In this document: piece by piece, positions 1 to 7,349 of the stretch
How positions within the stretch are numbered: position 1 is the stretch's first letter
Layout: each line of letters opens with the position of its first letter
IMG/VR virus record: IMGVR_UViG_3300012663_000143
Span: 1-29,052 of that record
Source: a virus
Taxonomy: Duplodnaviria > Caudoviricetes
Strand: one strand, 5' to 3'
Length of the DNA: 29,052 nucleotides
Program-made: the position numbers and the translations under genes
Notes under the pieces: generated by a model
Seen by the model: only the letters and a program-made list of their open reading frames with translations
Database searches by the model: none
Told to the model about the DNA's origin: nothing

Positions 1-3
1 GTG

Positions 4-34
4 TAAATATAATCAAAGTTTTGTACATGACAAA
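4..34 (-). promoter_or_regulatory. Bacteroidota sigma70-type promoter for the sigma-like operon (reads across the genome junction; duplicated at 29001-29031)
   Basis: Minus strand TTTG(34-31)-N19-TATATTTA(11-4), one mismatch to TAnnTTTG, just upstream of the ATG at 28996. Confidence 0.6.
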
Positions 35-55
35 GGGGAGCTGTTACACTCCCCT
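31..55 (-). terminator. Hairpin/probable terminator closing the early arm
   Basis: AGGGGAG-TGTAACAG-CTCCCCT stem-loop followed by only a short T run. Confidence 0.5.
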
Positions 56-64
56 ATGTGGTAC

Positions 65-190
65 TCAACGCTTGCTCGGCACTTGAGTAGGTGGCTTACC
101 AGAGCCTAAGTTGTTAATCTTATCAAGTATTGATTGAGGGGTGTGGTACTGCCCTTCAATGTAGATCATTATTTGTACTAAGTAGTTCAT
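65..190 (-). CDS. Small hypothetical protein (41 aa, not in ORF track)
   Basis: MNYLVQIMIYIEGQYHTPQSILDKINNLGSGKPPTQVPSKR; ATG overlaps the upstream TGA (ATGA coupling). Confidence 0.5.
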   Translation of the reverse strand: MNYLVQIMIYIEGQYHTPQSILDKINNLGSGKPPTQVPSKR

Positions 191-411
191 TTCATCAAGT
201 AATTAAAAACCTTATCATAAAACTTACCTTTTGCCTCCCCACCATGTAGGAACCTGTGCAGGGTACCATTGACCACCCCGATGTCATCTGCCATGTGCAC
301 TGCCCTGTTTCTGCTGTTTAGCTTATCTCTGAGCTCTTTTCTCATCCAGTCGGTTAGTGTTTGACCTTCCTGGAGATAAACGGTCTTAGAACGGCAGGTC
401 ATCTTGTTCAT
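187..411 (-). CDS. Small XRE/Cro-like HTH DNA-binding protein
   Basis: HTH-like segment MADDIGVVNGTLHRFLHG; start may be 402. Confidence 0.6.
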   Translation of the reverse strand: MNKMTCRSKTVYLQEGQTLTDWMRKELRDKLNSRNRAVHMADDIGVVNGTLHRFLHGGEAKGKFYDKVFNYLMK

Positions 412-721
412 TGTTTAGGATGCTATCAAGTACACTTGGAGCAGAAGCAACAGACTCACCTTGCACCTTATAAGCATCAAGGGTGTTGTAGTACTTACCG
501 TTATACTCTCTACCTCTCACATTGAATGATACTGTTACCTGTTGCCCTTCACCATACGGCGCTATCACATCCATCCTGTCATTGACTGTCTGGAAGATTA
601 CCTCTTGAGGGTACTTGGCATCACCTGTTACGATAACAAACTCTCTCACTGAGAACTTGTCACTGATGACCTTGACTGGGTTGATGAGCTTGATAGCTCC
701 TTTGATTGTTAGTTCTGACAT
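386..721 (-). CDS. DUF3127-like single-stranded DNA-binding protein (OB fold)
   Basis: Start reassigned to MSELTIKG (721); KYPQEV, VSFNVRGREYNGKYYNTL motifs and acidic C-terminal DDLPF tail typical of SSBs. Confidence 0.85.
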   Translation of the reverse strand: MSELTIKGAIKLINPVKVISDKFSVREFVIVTGDAKYPQEVIFQTVNDRMDVIAPYGEGQQVTVSFNVRGREYNGKYYNTLDAYKVQGESVASAPSVLDSILNNEQDDLPF

Positions 722-725
722 TTGT

Positions 726-1214
726 TTAAAACTTAATATTAATAAATCCCCATCCAAAACTAAATTCTCTACGTTGCTGGGGCTGTGCAACCTTAGTACT
801 TTCAATAAATTCTTTCTCTTTGCCTTGAGGAACAACAGTGACTGTGCCTTTCATAGCATCCTTGATAATGTGTGGTGGTGGTGGTGTAAGTTCACAAGCC
901 CTACTTTCAAATGGCAGTGTTATTTGTTTAATGTCCTTATGTCCTTGACGTTTTGGATATTCAAAAGTCATGTATTTGTGAAAGTAATTTTTAGCCATTG
1001 TGTTTATATGAACATCTGATTCACCATTGAATATCTTATTACCTCTTTTTACAATAAGACTAACGTCTCCCCATCTATATAATTTATGGTTTTTAGCTGT
1101 TTCTGCAATTGACTTATTCACAACACCATTACTATCTGTAACATCAAGCAAAAAATCTCTAAATATTTGCCAAGTCATCTCATCTTTTCTATAGATATCT
1201 TTAGATACTCTCAT
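726..1214 (-). CDS. Hypothetical protein
   Basis: 162-aa ORF packed between exonuclease and SSB, start overlapping the upstream stop; no family recognised. Confidence 0.7.
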   Translation of the reverse strand: MRVSKDIYRKDEMTWQIFRDFLLDVTDSNGVVNKSIAETAKNHKLYRWGDVSLIVKRGNKIFNGESDVHINTMAKNYFHKYMTFEYPKRQGHKDIKQITLPFESRACELTPPPPHIIKDAMKGTVTVVPQGKEKEFIESTKVAQPQQRREFSFGWGFINIKF

Positions 1215-1834
1215 TACTTATTATTTAAAACATTAATATACTGTGAATAATACTCTGAGCAGTGAATCAACCGTTCCTTGATTTGTTCCTCAAGTGCCTG
1301 GTCTCTCTCATATCTCACCACTGTGATACGCTTAGCTGGGTCAATGTGGTCAACTCTATGGATGGATAGGTTATCCCACTCAGTCAGTAGCTCATCTGGT
1401 GTAGTGTACATGGTGTAGACTAACTCAAAGGCTGGTCTCTCATAGAGCCACATATATGCACGTCCTTGCCATTCATATCCACTTGCATCACCTTCTGATG
1501 GTGTTGCTGGGAAGGTCTCTAATGACCAGGATGACTTGATGTCAATGATACTGTCATCTGTTATGATGTCACAGCACCCTGTCATGTACCTATTCTCTAC
1601 CCTTATGTCATTCTTAGTGTACTGAGTGAACCTAACTGAGTTCAGTAGGTCAATGCCTTCCTGCTCCCAGTCAGTACCCTTAATCATTGGCTTAGTCTTG
1701 ATCTCTGTAGTGTACCCATAAAAGTCCTGCTTAGCTATCTTGCGTATCTCTGACTTAGTAGTCTCAGATAGTACCTCTGACTTACTCCTTGAGTTGGTCA
1801 TTAGGTTGCCTAATTGTGATGCTCTCCACTTCAT
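1214..1834 (-). CDS. YqaJ/lambda-exonuclease-like PD-(D/E)XK recombination exonuclease
   Basis: RASQLG N-terminal motif, GTDWE, D...IIDIKS catalytic motif, YEWQGRAYM; next to ERF. Confidence 0.85.
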   Translation of the reverse strand: MKWRASQLGNLMTNSRSKSEVLSETTKSEIRKIAKQDFYGYTTEIKTKPMIKGTDWEQEGIDLLNSVRFTQYTKNDIRVENRYMTGCCDIITDDSIIDIKSSWSLETFPATPSEGDASGYEWQGRAYMWLYERPAFELVYTMYTTPDELLTEWDNLSIHRVDHIDPAKRITVVRYERDQALEEQIKERLIHCSEYYSQYINVLNNK

Positions 1835-2382
1835 AGTCTTGCCTCCTGTTCTTTAGTAAGTGAAAACTGATCCTTTAACTTCTCAAGTGAGTAAGTGCCC
1901 TTCTCAATAGCAGTAATTGCATCTGTAAGTCGCTCATCACTGATAGGTGGCTTGGTTGGTGTTGACTTACTTGCAGCTGCACCATCATCATCTACTGCCT
2001 GTAGTGATAGAGTTGACTGGAGGGTGTACCTTCTGTAGTAAGTTATGGCACTACCCTGTTGCTGTGGGTTGAGTCCAGCTGGCAGTTCCATACAAGACTC
2101 AATCTTATCTGCTGAGTCAATGTCAATGATTTGAGTACAAACACTATTGCCTTGGATAGGTTGCAACAGTAGTAAGCCATTCTCAAGTAGAATAGGCTCA
2201 ACTGCCTCAATGATTGCATTCAAGTCAGCATAAGACTTCTTGAAGTGTGGGTTGTTAGCATTCTTAGTAACCTTACCAATTGCTAACTTAGCTCTGTGGA
2301 GCTTCTGGTGGAAGGACAGTGTGACCTGTACTTCATTTGCCTGTCTGATTTTCTCAGATGAGCTGATTAATTGCTTTTCCAT
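1831..2382 (-). CDS. erf: ERF-family single-strand annealing protein
   Basis: KNANNPHFKKSYADL and QQQGSAITYYRRYTL...DDDG ERF signatures; start reassigned to MEKQL (2382), downstream of the promoter. Confidence 0.92.
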   Translation of the reverse strand: MEKQLISSSEKIRQANEVQVTLSFHQKLHRAKLAIGKVTKNANNPHFKKSYADLNAIIEAVEPILLENGLLLLQPIQGNSVCTQIIDIDSADKIESCMELPAGLNPQQQGSAITYYRRYTLQSTLSLQAVDDDGAAASKSTPTKPPISDERLTDAITAIEKGTYSLEKLKDQFSLTKEQEARL

Positions 2383-2399
2383 GATTAAATTATTTTCGT

Positions 2400-2430
2400 C
2401 AAAGTTAATAAAGTTTTGCATATATACAAA
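2400..2430 (-). promoter_or_regulatory. Bacteroidota sigma70 promoter of the recombination operon
   Basis: TTTG(2430-2427)-N19-TAACTTTG(2407-2400), perfect consensus and spacing. Confidence 0.85.
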
Positions 2431-2439
2431 ATAAAGTTA

Positions 2440-2583
2440 TTAACAATTATCTGTTGATTCATTATTTACACCCTTAACTCTCTTCTCACCGTACTTCTTC
2501 ATGTAGTGCTTTAACTTGACTTTAAGTCTACGCAACACCTCTTCTTTTGTCCTACCTTTTAGGTAATTTTCCTCCCATGTCAT
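2440..2583 (-). CDS. Small basic hypothetical protein (47 aa, not in ORF track)
   Basis: MTWEENYLKGRTKEEVLRRLKVKLKHYMKKYGEKRVKGVNNESTDNC; ATGA-coupled to the upstream gene, fills the gap. Confidence 0.6.
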   Translation of the reverse strand: MTWEENYLKGRTKEEVLRRLKVKLKHYMKKYGEKRVKGVNNESTDNC

Positions 2584-2804
2584 AGTATTTGTATTTCGTG
2601 TTTGACCTCTTGCCAGTAATCATAAGATGCTTGCAAGTCAATATCTCGATAGTCCCAACATTGTTTTAATATCTCATCCACAGCTATCAATGCACATTGT
2701 TTGGCTGATGTAGAAATAATATTTCTTTCTAAAAATTTATTTGAATCAGTTTCCCAATTTAACATTTTAAGATACAATTCCTTTGCCTTATCCTTTGCAC
2801 TCAT
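2580..2804 (-). CDS. Hypothetical phage protein (KxKAxEL...AKQCALIAVDE...YWQEV type)
   Basis: ATGA-coupled at both ends; similar to 8661-8831. Confidence 0.75.
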   Translation of the reverse strand: MSAKDKAKELYLKMLNWETDSNKFLERNIISTSAKQCALIAVDEILKQCWDYRDIDLQASYDYWQEVKHEIQIL

Positions 2805-3280
2805 ATCCCTTCTGTAAATTGTTTATACCACACCACAAACTCATCAAAGGTCCTCACAATGATATACACCCCTCCTGCCCTCTCAATGGATGCTTGATAC
2901 TCCTTCTGCACCTGTGACTGTACATCCTTTCCATACTTAATCTCAATCTTAACTGACCTCCCTCTGATAGTAGATGAGATGTCAGCAGTACCCTTAGTAC
3001 TCTGTCCTGGTGTCCACTTACCAGGGAGCTGTCGATGGTGAGCAAGTTCACCTGTTCCGACTTGTATCTTTGCTCCCTCCCTGTACTGACCTTGTGAGCT
3101 GATACGTTCAGCTTGACCACCCATGTAGGTGATGTAAGCAATCACACATTGAGTCAGTGCGTTGGCTGAGTTATCATTCCATTTGGTGAGCCCTAAGTAG
3201 CTTTCATTGGTGTTAGGGTACTTTTGTTTCATTGACTCAAGCTCCAGTGCCTTGAGTAGTTGTAGGTTTGTTTTGTTCAT
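2801..3280 (-). CDS. VRR-NUC-like nuclease / Holliday junction resolvase
   Basis: KGTADI...VKIEIK...QSQVQKEYQ..IERAGGVYIIVR PD-(D/E)XK VRR-NUC pattern. Confidence 0.8.
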   Translation of the reverse strand: MNKTNLQLLKALELESMKQKYPNTNESYLGLTKWNDNSANALTQCVIAYITYMGGQAERISSQGQYREGAKIQVGTGELAHHRQLPGKWTPGQSTKGTADISSTIRGRSVKIEIKYGKDVQSQVQKEYQASIERAGGVYIIVRTFDEFVVWYKQFTEGI

Positions 3281-3290
3281 AGTTTATATA

Positions 3291-4139
3291 TTATAGTCCA
3301 CAATATCCACTATCGCAATCTGTAAAATCATTGTCAAATAATTCTAATTGCGTTTTGTAATTTTTAATCTTTTCGTAAGTAATTCCACTTTTAAATGTGC
3401 ATCCGTTTTTTTGTTCCATTTCAATAAACCAGTTAAACTGTTTTTCTGCTTTGTTACTCATGTGTTTTAACATTAATTCGTTACGGTGGAAACATCCAAC
3501 ACAATTATTTTGATACGCAAATCTAACGGGTTTATCTTTCCAAAAAGTTTCAATAGTATCTTTAAAAACAGCATCTTTAATTAATGGAAATTCTGTGATT
3601 CTATACGGTAACTCTTTCCATTTATTGCGCCCGTTTTTATTTCCTACCTTAAATTTAAAGTTTTCTATGCCGTCTATTTGTCTTTCAATCATTCTATTTG
3701 CGCGGCTTACTTCATTCGCTCTAAATCCTATTCTCATTTGTACGGGTAATTCCGTATTTTCATAGCACCATTGTGCAATGGGTTTTATTTTCATGTCTAC
3801 GGTGCAAAAACGTGTCATTTGGTTGGGTAAATAATTTTTACCGTTTGCCATTTTATAATTAGAAATAACTTCATCAAATGTTTTTTCACTTAACCAAATT
3901 ATTTCTTTTCCTAAATATTGTTCTAAATCTAACATAGTGTAAATTATAGTATCTTCTTCTAACGTTCCTATAAATTCACGTCCTATTTTATCGGATACAA
4001 TTTTCCGTATTTTAGCATCTGGAAATAGACAATTTTTGTCATCTGTTCTGACTAATGCAAATACATTATAATCAGCTGGGTAGTGTTGAGCTATATAGCT
4101 GGATGTTTTACCACCGCTTAGGGAGTTAACTGTTATCAT
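3291..4139 (-). CDS. PAPS-reductase-family (PP-loop adenine nucleotide alpha-hydrolase-like) protein
   Basis: N-terminal SLSGGKTS PP-loop, RFCT..MK, IGFRANE, NNCVGCF and C-terminal DCDSGYCG cysteine motifs. Confidence 0.78.
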   Translation of the reverse strand: MITVNSLSGGKTSSYIAQHYPADYNVFALVRTDDKNCLFPDAKIRKIVSDKIGREFIGTLEEDTIIYTMLDLEQYLGKEIIWLSEKTFDEVISNYKMANGKNYLPNQMTRFCTVDMKIKPIAQWCYENTELPVQMRIGFRANEVSRANRMIERQIDGIENFKFKVGNKNGRNKWKELPYRITEFPLIKDAVFKDTIETFWKDKPVRFAYQNNCVGCFHRNELMLKHMSNKAEKQFNWFIEMEQKNGCTFKSGITYEKIKNYKTQLELFDNDFTDCDSGYCGL

Positions 4140-6523
4140 TAGAATCCTGCTTTATGGTTTAACTCATCCCACACATCATTTGATGGTGGTGGGGGTGTAT
4201 TCTCATTCTCAAAGACTATCCATCTCCTGTTGTTAGTCTTGCCTTCAATTATCTTATGCCCATGAAACTGACCAAATATACTGAGCCATTGAGTGAATCT
4301 TTTTTTACTTAGCTTTGAGTAGTCAGTGTACTCATTGATAAAGATATCATGTAACTCATCCTTGTATAGTCTGATGTTTAATGGAAGGTTCTGGTCACTG
4401 CTCCAGTCATAGAACTCAAAGCAGGTCTCTTTAATAAACTTCCTTACATCAAGGTTAGTGAACTCATGAGATACAAGTCCATGCTTGAGGTAGAACTGAC
4501 AGCACTGTATCATAAAGTTGTCAAACATTATCCACTGGTCATTATTCCAATCATCAAATAGCATATGACCAAACTCATCCAGTGGTGACTTGTTGTGACC
4601 AAAGTAGTTGCTCATCTCTACCTCAAACTTCCTACGTTCAAAGGAACCACCAACACCTCCGATAGTGTAGTTAGTTGTGATCACTATCTTTGGTGACTTA
4701 GTCACTGGGAGCTTGATGGCATCCTGCCCTTTGTACTCAAGTGTGATACCCTCTGTGATGAGTGAAAATAGATTTTCAAAGTTAAAGTTCTTTTTAACGT
4801 CATCAAATACCAACAGCTGAGTATCTGTTGACACTGTTTGATAAGGGAAGGACTTAGTGAACTCAAAAGTCTTACCATCAATGGATGCTACTTTCTTAAG
4901 TTTAGCCAGTGCATTCCAAAACAATCCCTTACCACTACCACCGTTTGGATTCTCACTGATAGTCTCATCATTGAATATGATAGCTTTATTGTTGGCTGAT
5001 GTCTTATAAGAATGCATCAAGTAACCTATAACTGACTTGAAGCTGTTGTACTTTGCTGAGTCCTTACCACTGACCAACCAGAGAAAGGTTCTGAACTCAC
5101 TATCATGGTGATCGTTATCAGTATATTCTCTGTCTATTATCTGTCTCTTCCAAACATATCCATCAAGGTCAATATACTCATGTTTTGTAATTACTTTTTT
5201 TGTGATTTCTACAGCACAATTCTTATAATATAGATAACACTTATCAGCAGTATCCTCAAGCATATCTACTTGAGCACTGTCAAGCATAGACAGAAACTCA
5301 GATGTAAAGTACTTAGTTGCTCCTGCCATCATATCATAAGGTTGATATCCTATCTCTTCCCTGGAGAGCAAAGAGCCAAGTGTGAAGTCTTTAATTCGTT
5401 TCTCATTGGTTTCCTCAATAAGGTTCTGCTCCTTTTTTATGAAGCTGTAGGTGTTACTATCTACAGGAAAGTATTTAAAAAAGTTGTTTTGCTGTAGCCA
5501 AAACTTATATTGATGGATGCTGAGCTGTATCTTGTTGCTCTTAGTGTAGGTCCAGAAGTCCTCAATATTACCAGTCTCTTTGATGGCATCCACACATTTG
5601 TCAACCTCATCTTGATTGAACTCTGGAAGTATCTTGATTATATCTGCTGTCTTTTTACCAGCTCTGATGTGTTTCTCTATCTTTATTTTAGATGCAGAAT
5701 CCTCAAAGAACCTGGTGCCGAACTGTGAAGTCTTGGCATAGGCTGATTTTACAATTTTACGTATCTCAATCTCCTTTCCTCCCTCATCAAACTTAAGTAA
5801 CACATTCTCACATTCTGATTGGTTGATACCAAAGTCATTGAATGCAGCAGCTAACTTGAACAAGTTGTTATTCTTAGAGCCTTCTGCCATGCCGTACTTC
5901 CTCTCCCACCACTTGAGTAGATTGTCAATGATTCTATTATCTGACTTGATAGGTATCATTACATCCATTGAGCCTATCTCTTCAATCTCTGGCTCCTCAA
6001 TCTGAGTCCAGGTAGTTGAGTCCTGGTTGATGTATATCTCTGGATCGTATGACTCAAAGCAAAATCGGTCAATGTTACTGCCAGAGTTATCCCAGTAGTC
6101 TGAGTCAAAGTAAGTACAAAGTGCATTAAAGTAACCTTTGAACTCACCATCAGTAGGTATCTTTATGAGTGCCTTCACTCCCTTACCGCTTGGAGATATC
6201 CATGCACTGAACACATACTCATTAGTAATCAGTTTTTCTTTGAACTGGATGGCTTCTGCCTGGTGACTCATATTATCAAAGTCAAGGACAATGAGTCCAG
6301 ACCTTTGGTCAATACCTTTGATTGACCTATTCTTAAATGTTCCATTGAAACAAACACCAGGGAGCTGATTCTTAAGTGGTCTCTGTTCCTCTTTGTTGAG
6401 TGCTCTAATCTGCAGTACTAACTCCTTTGACTTACCGTCTCTGATACGATCAAGGCAGTAGAGTGCTGACTTATTGAATGGGTTGGTGGTATCTGTTACC
6501 TTCTTGAAAATTGATACAATCAT
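4139..6523 (-). CDS. Primase-helicase (BT4734/VirE-N-like primase domain, PriCT-like region, C-terminal SF3-like P-loop helicase)
   Basis: LKNQLP, SGLIVLDFD, WISPSGKGVK, RFCFESYDP in the N-terminus; Walker A GGSGKG, Walker B LVFDD, ITTN motif C. Confidence 0.85.
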   Translation of the reverse strand: MIVSIFKKVTDTTNPFNKSALYCLDRIRDGKSKELVLQIRALNKEEQRPLKNQLPGVCFNGTFKNRSIKGIDQRSGLIVLDFDNMSHQAEAIQFKEKLITNEYVFSAWISPSGKGVKALIKIPTDGEFKGYFNALCTYFDSDYWDNSGSNIDRFCFESYDPEIYINQDSTTWTQIEEPEIEEIGSMDVMIPIKSDNRIIDNLLKWWERKYGMAEGSKNNNLFKLAAAFNDFGINQSECENVLLKFDEGGKEIEIRKIVKSAYAKTSQFGTRFFEDSASKIKIEKHIRAGKKTADIIKILPEFNQDEVDKCVDAIKETGNIEDFWTYTKSNKIQLSIHQYKFWLQQNNFFKYFPVDSNTYSFIKKEQNLIEETNEKRIKDFTLGSLLSREEIGYQPYDMMAGATKYFTSEFLSMLDSAQVDMLEDTADKCYLYYKNCAVEITKKVITKHEYIDLDGYVWKRQIIDREYTDNDHHDSEFRTFLWLVSGKDSAKYNSFKSVIGYLMHSYKTSANNKAIIFNDETISENPNGGSGKGLFWNALAKLKKVASIDGKTFEFTKSFPYQTVSTDTQLLVFDDVKKNFNFENLFSLITEGITLEYKGQDAIKLPVTKSPKIVITTNYTIGGVGGSFERRKFEVEMSNYFGHNKSPLDEFGHMLFDDWNNDQWIMFDNFMIQCCQFYLKHGLVSHEFTNLDVRKFIKETCFEFYDWSSDQNLPLNIRLYKDELHDIFINEYTDYSKLSKKRFTQWLSIFGQFHGHKIIEGKTNNRRWIVFENENTPPPPSNDVWDELNHKAGF

Positions 6524-6607
6524 ATTACGCTAAATTAAATCACGCTAAATAAAAAATAGGGGAAAGGCAGCGTGAACCTTTTAAGTGGATGCCTCCGACA
6601 ACCCCTT
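6524..6607 (-). ncRNA. Structured 5' leader RNA of the primase-helicase gene
   Basis: Closing stem AGGGG/CCCCT, hairpin with GGCA (GNRA) tetraloop, hairpin AAAGG-TTCACGCTG-CCTTT, T run, then two ATTTAGCGT repeats complementary to the loop. Confidence 0.6.
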
Positions 6608-6609
6608 TG

Positions 6610-6617
6610 CAAATCTA
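6610..6617 (-). promoter_or_regulatory. Bacteroidota -7 promoter element for the primase operon
   Basis: TAGATTTG matches TAnnTTTG directly before the structured leader; no clear -33 TTTG. Confidence 0.6.
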
Positions 6618-6619
6618 AT

Positions 6620-6837
6620 AATAATTTCTATATATGATACTAATTTATTAAAAATAAAAAGTGTACCTAAATGTGTACCTATAAAAATATAGTGTTTACA
6701 AGGCTTTCAGTAATTTTGGTACACATTTTCACTGTTTTTTGGTAGTTTCTGAAAAAAATAAAAATATATAATATCATCAAAAAATAAATACATATAGTAT
6801 ATAGGGCGAAAAAGTGTACTTGTGTACCTAATTAACA
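6620..6837. other. Putative replication origin with GTGTAC(C) iterons
   Basis: Very AT-rich non-coding tract with AGTGTACCTA (6660), TGTGTACCTA (6672, 6821), AGTGTACT (6813) and inverted GGTACACA (6718), next to the primase-helicase. Confidence 0.7.
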
Positions 6838-6838
6838 C

Positions 6839-6870
6839 AAAAAACCCTCCAGCCAATCAAGGAGGAGGGT
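6839..6870 (-). terminator. Rho-independent terminator
   Basis: ACCCTCC...GGAGGGT stem followed by T run, downstream of the 6911 stop. Confidence 0.75.
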
Positions 6871-6910
6871 CTTTCGGATAATCAATCGGGTTAAAGCGTT
6901 GCTAAGATAC

Positions 6911-7273
6911 TTAATAATATTCATTATTAGCAATCATCTCCTTAATTATTTTCAAGTCAGTGGTATTGTTGCACTTCAAGATGTCATCATAGATGTTCCT
7001 CTTCACCTCAATCACTGGCTCAAACAGTTGAATCTCCATCTGGATGTATGATAAGTAGATCGTGTCCTTATGTTGCATGAACTGGTTGTGCACAACAATA
7101 GAGTGCATGATGGTAGCATGGTTTCTGTTGAATAGGTCTGCTATCTTTTGCAGGGTCCAGCCTTGTTTTCGTAGCAGGTAGCAAATGAATGCCCTTCTGT
7201 ACACATACTCTCTTGCTCTGCTTGGCTTATCCAGTTCATGCTCTCTAATGTGCTCAATTATTTGTTCTATCAT
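6911..7273 (-). CDS. DnaA C-terminal (domain IV)-like HTH protein
   Basis: SRAREYVYRRAFICYLLRKQGWTLQKIADLFNRNHATIMHS resembles the DnaA domain IV pattern (R..IAMYL.R....SL..IG..F..RDHTTV.HA). Confidence 0.78.
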   Translation of the reverse strand: MIEQIIEHIREHELDKPSRAREYVYRRAFICYLLRKQGWTLQKIADLFNRNHATIMHSIVVHNQFMQHKDTIYLSYIQMEIQLFEPVIEVKRNIYDDILKCNNTTDLKIIKEMIANNEYY

Positions 7274-7349
7274 TGTATATTGTTCCTATAATCATTACTA
7301 CTGCTGCTACTACACAAGTAAACAGTGCCATTTTTGCCTCTTCACTCAT
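7254..7349 (-). CDS. Single-TM micropeptide (31 aa, not in ORF track)
   Basis: MSEEAKMALFTCVVAAVVMIIGTIYNDRTNN; ATGA-coupled to the MTase stop. Confidence 0.6.
   Translation of the reverse strand: MSEEAKMALFTCVVAAVVMIIGTIYNDRTNN

Larger units (their letters stand above)
1..55. repeat. Terminal direct repeat, left copy (assembly circularisation overlap)
   Basis: Bases 1-55 are identical to 28998-29052; 55 is a common assembler k-mer, so this indicates a circular or permuted complete genome. Confidence 0.95.

Noticed and set aside
1-55. 55-bp terminal repeat as a biological DTR or att site
   Set aside because: Length equals a standard assembler k-mer and the junction falls between a promoter and its gene; best read as a circularisation overlap
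6660-6830. GTGTACC repeats as a mini CRISPR array
   Set aside because: Repeats are only 6-10 bp, irregularly spaced and in both orientations
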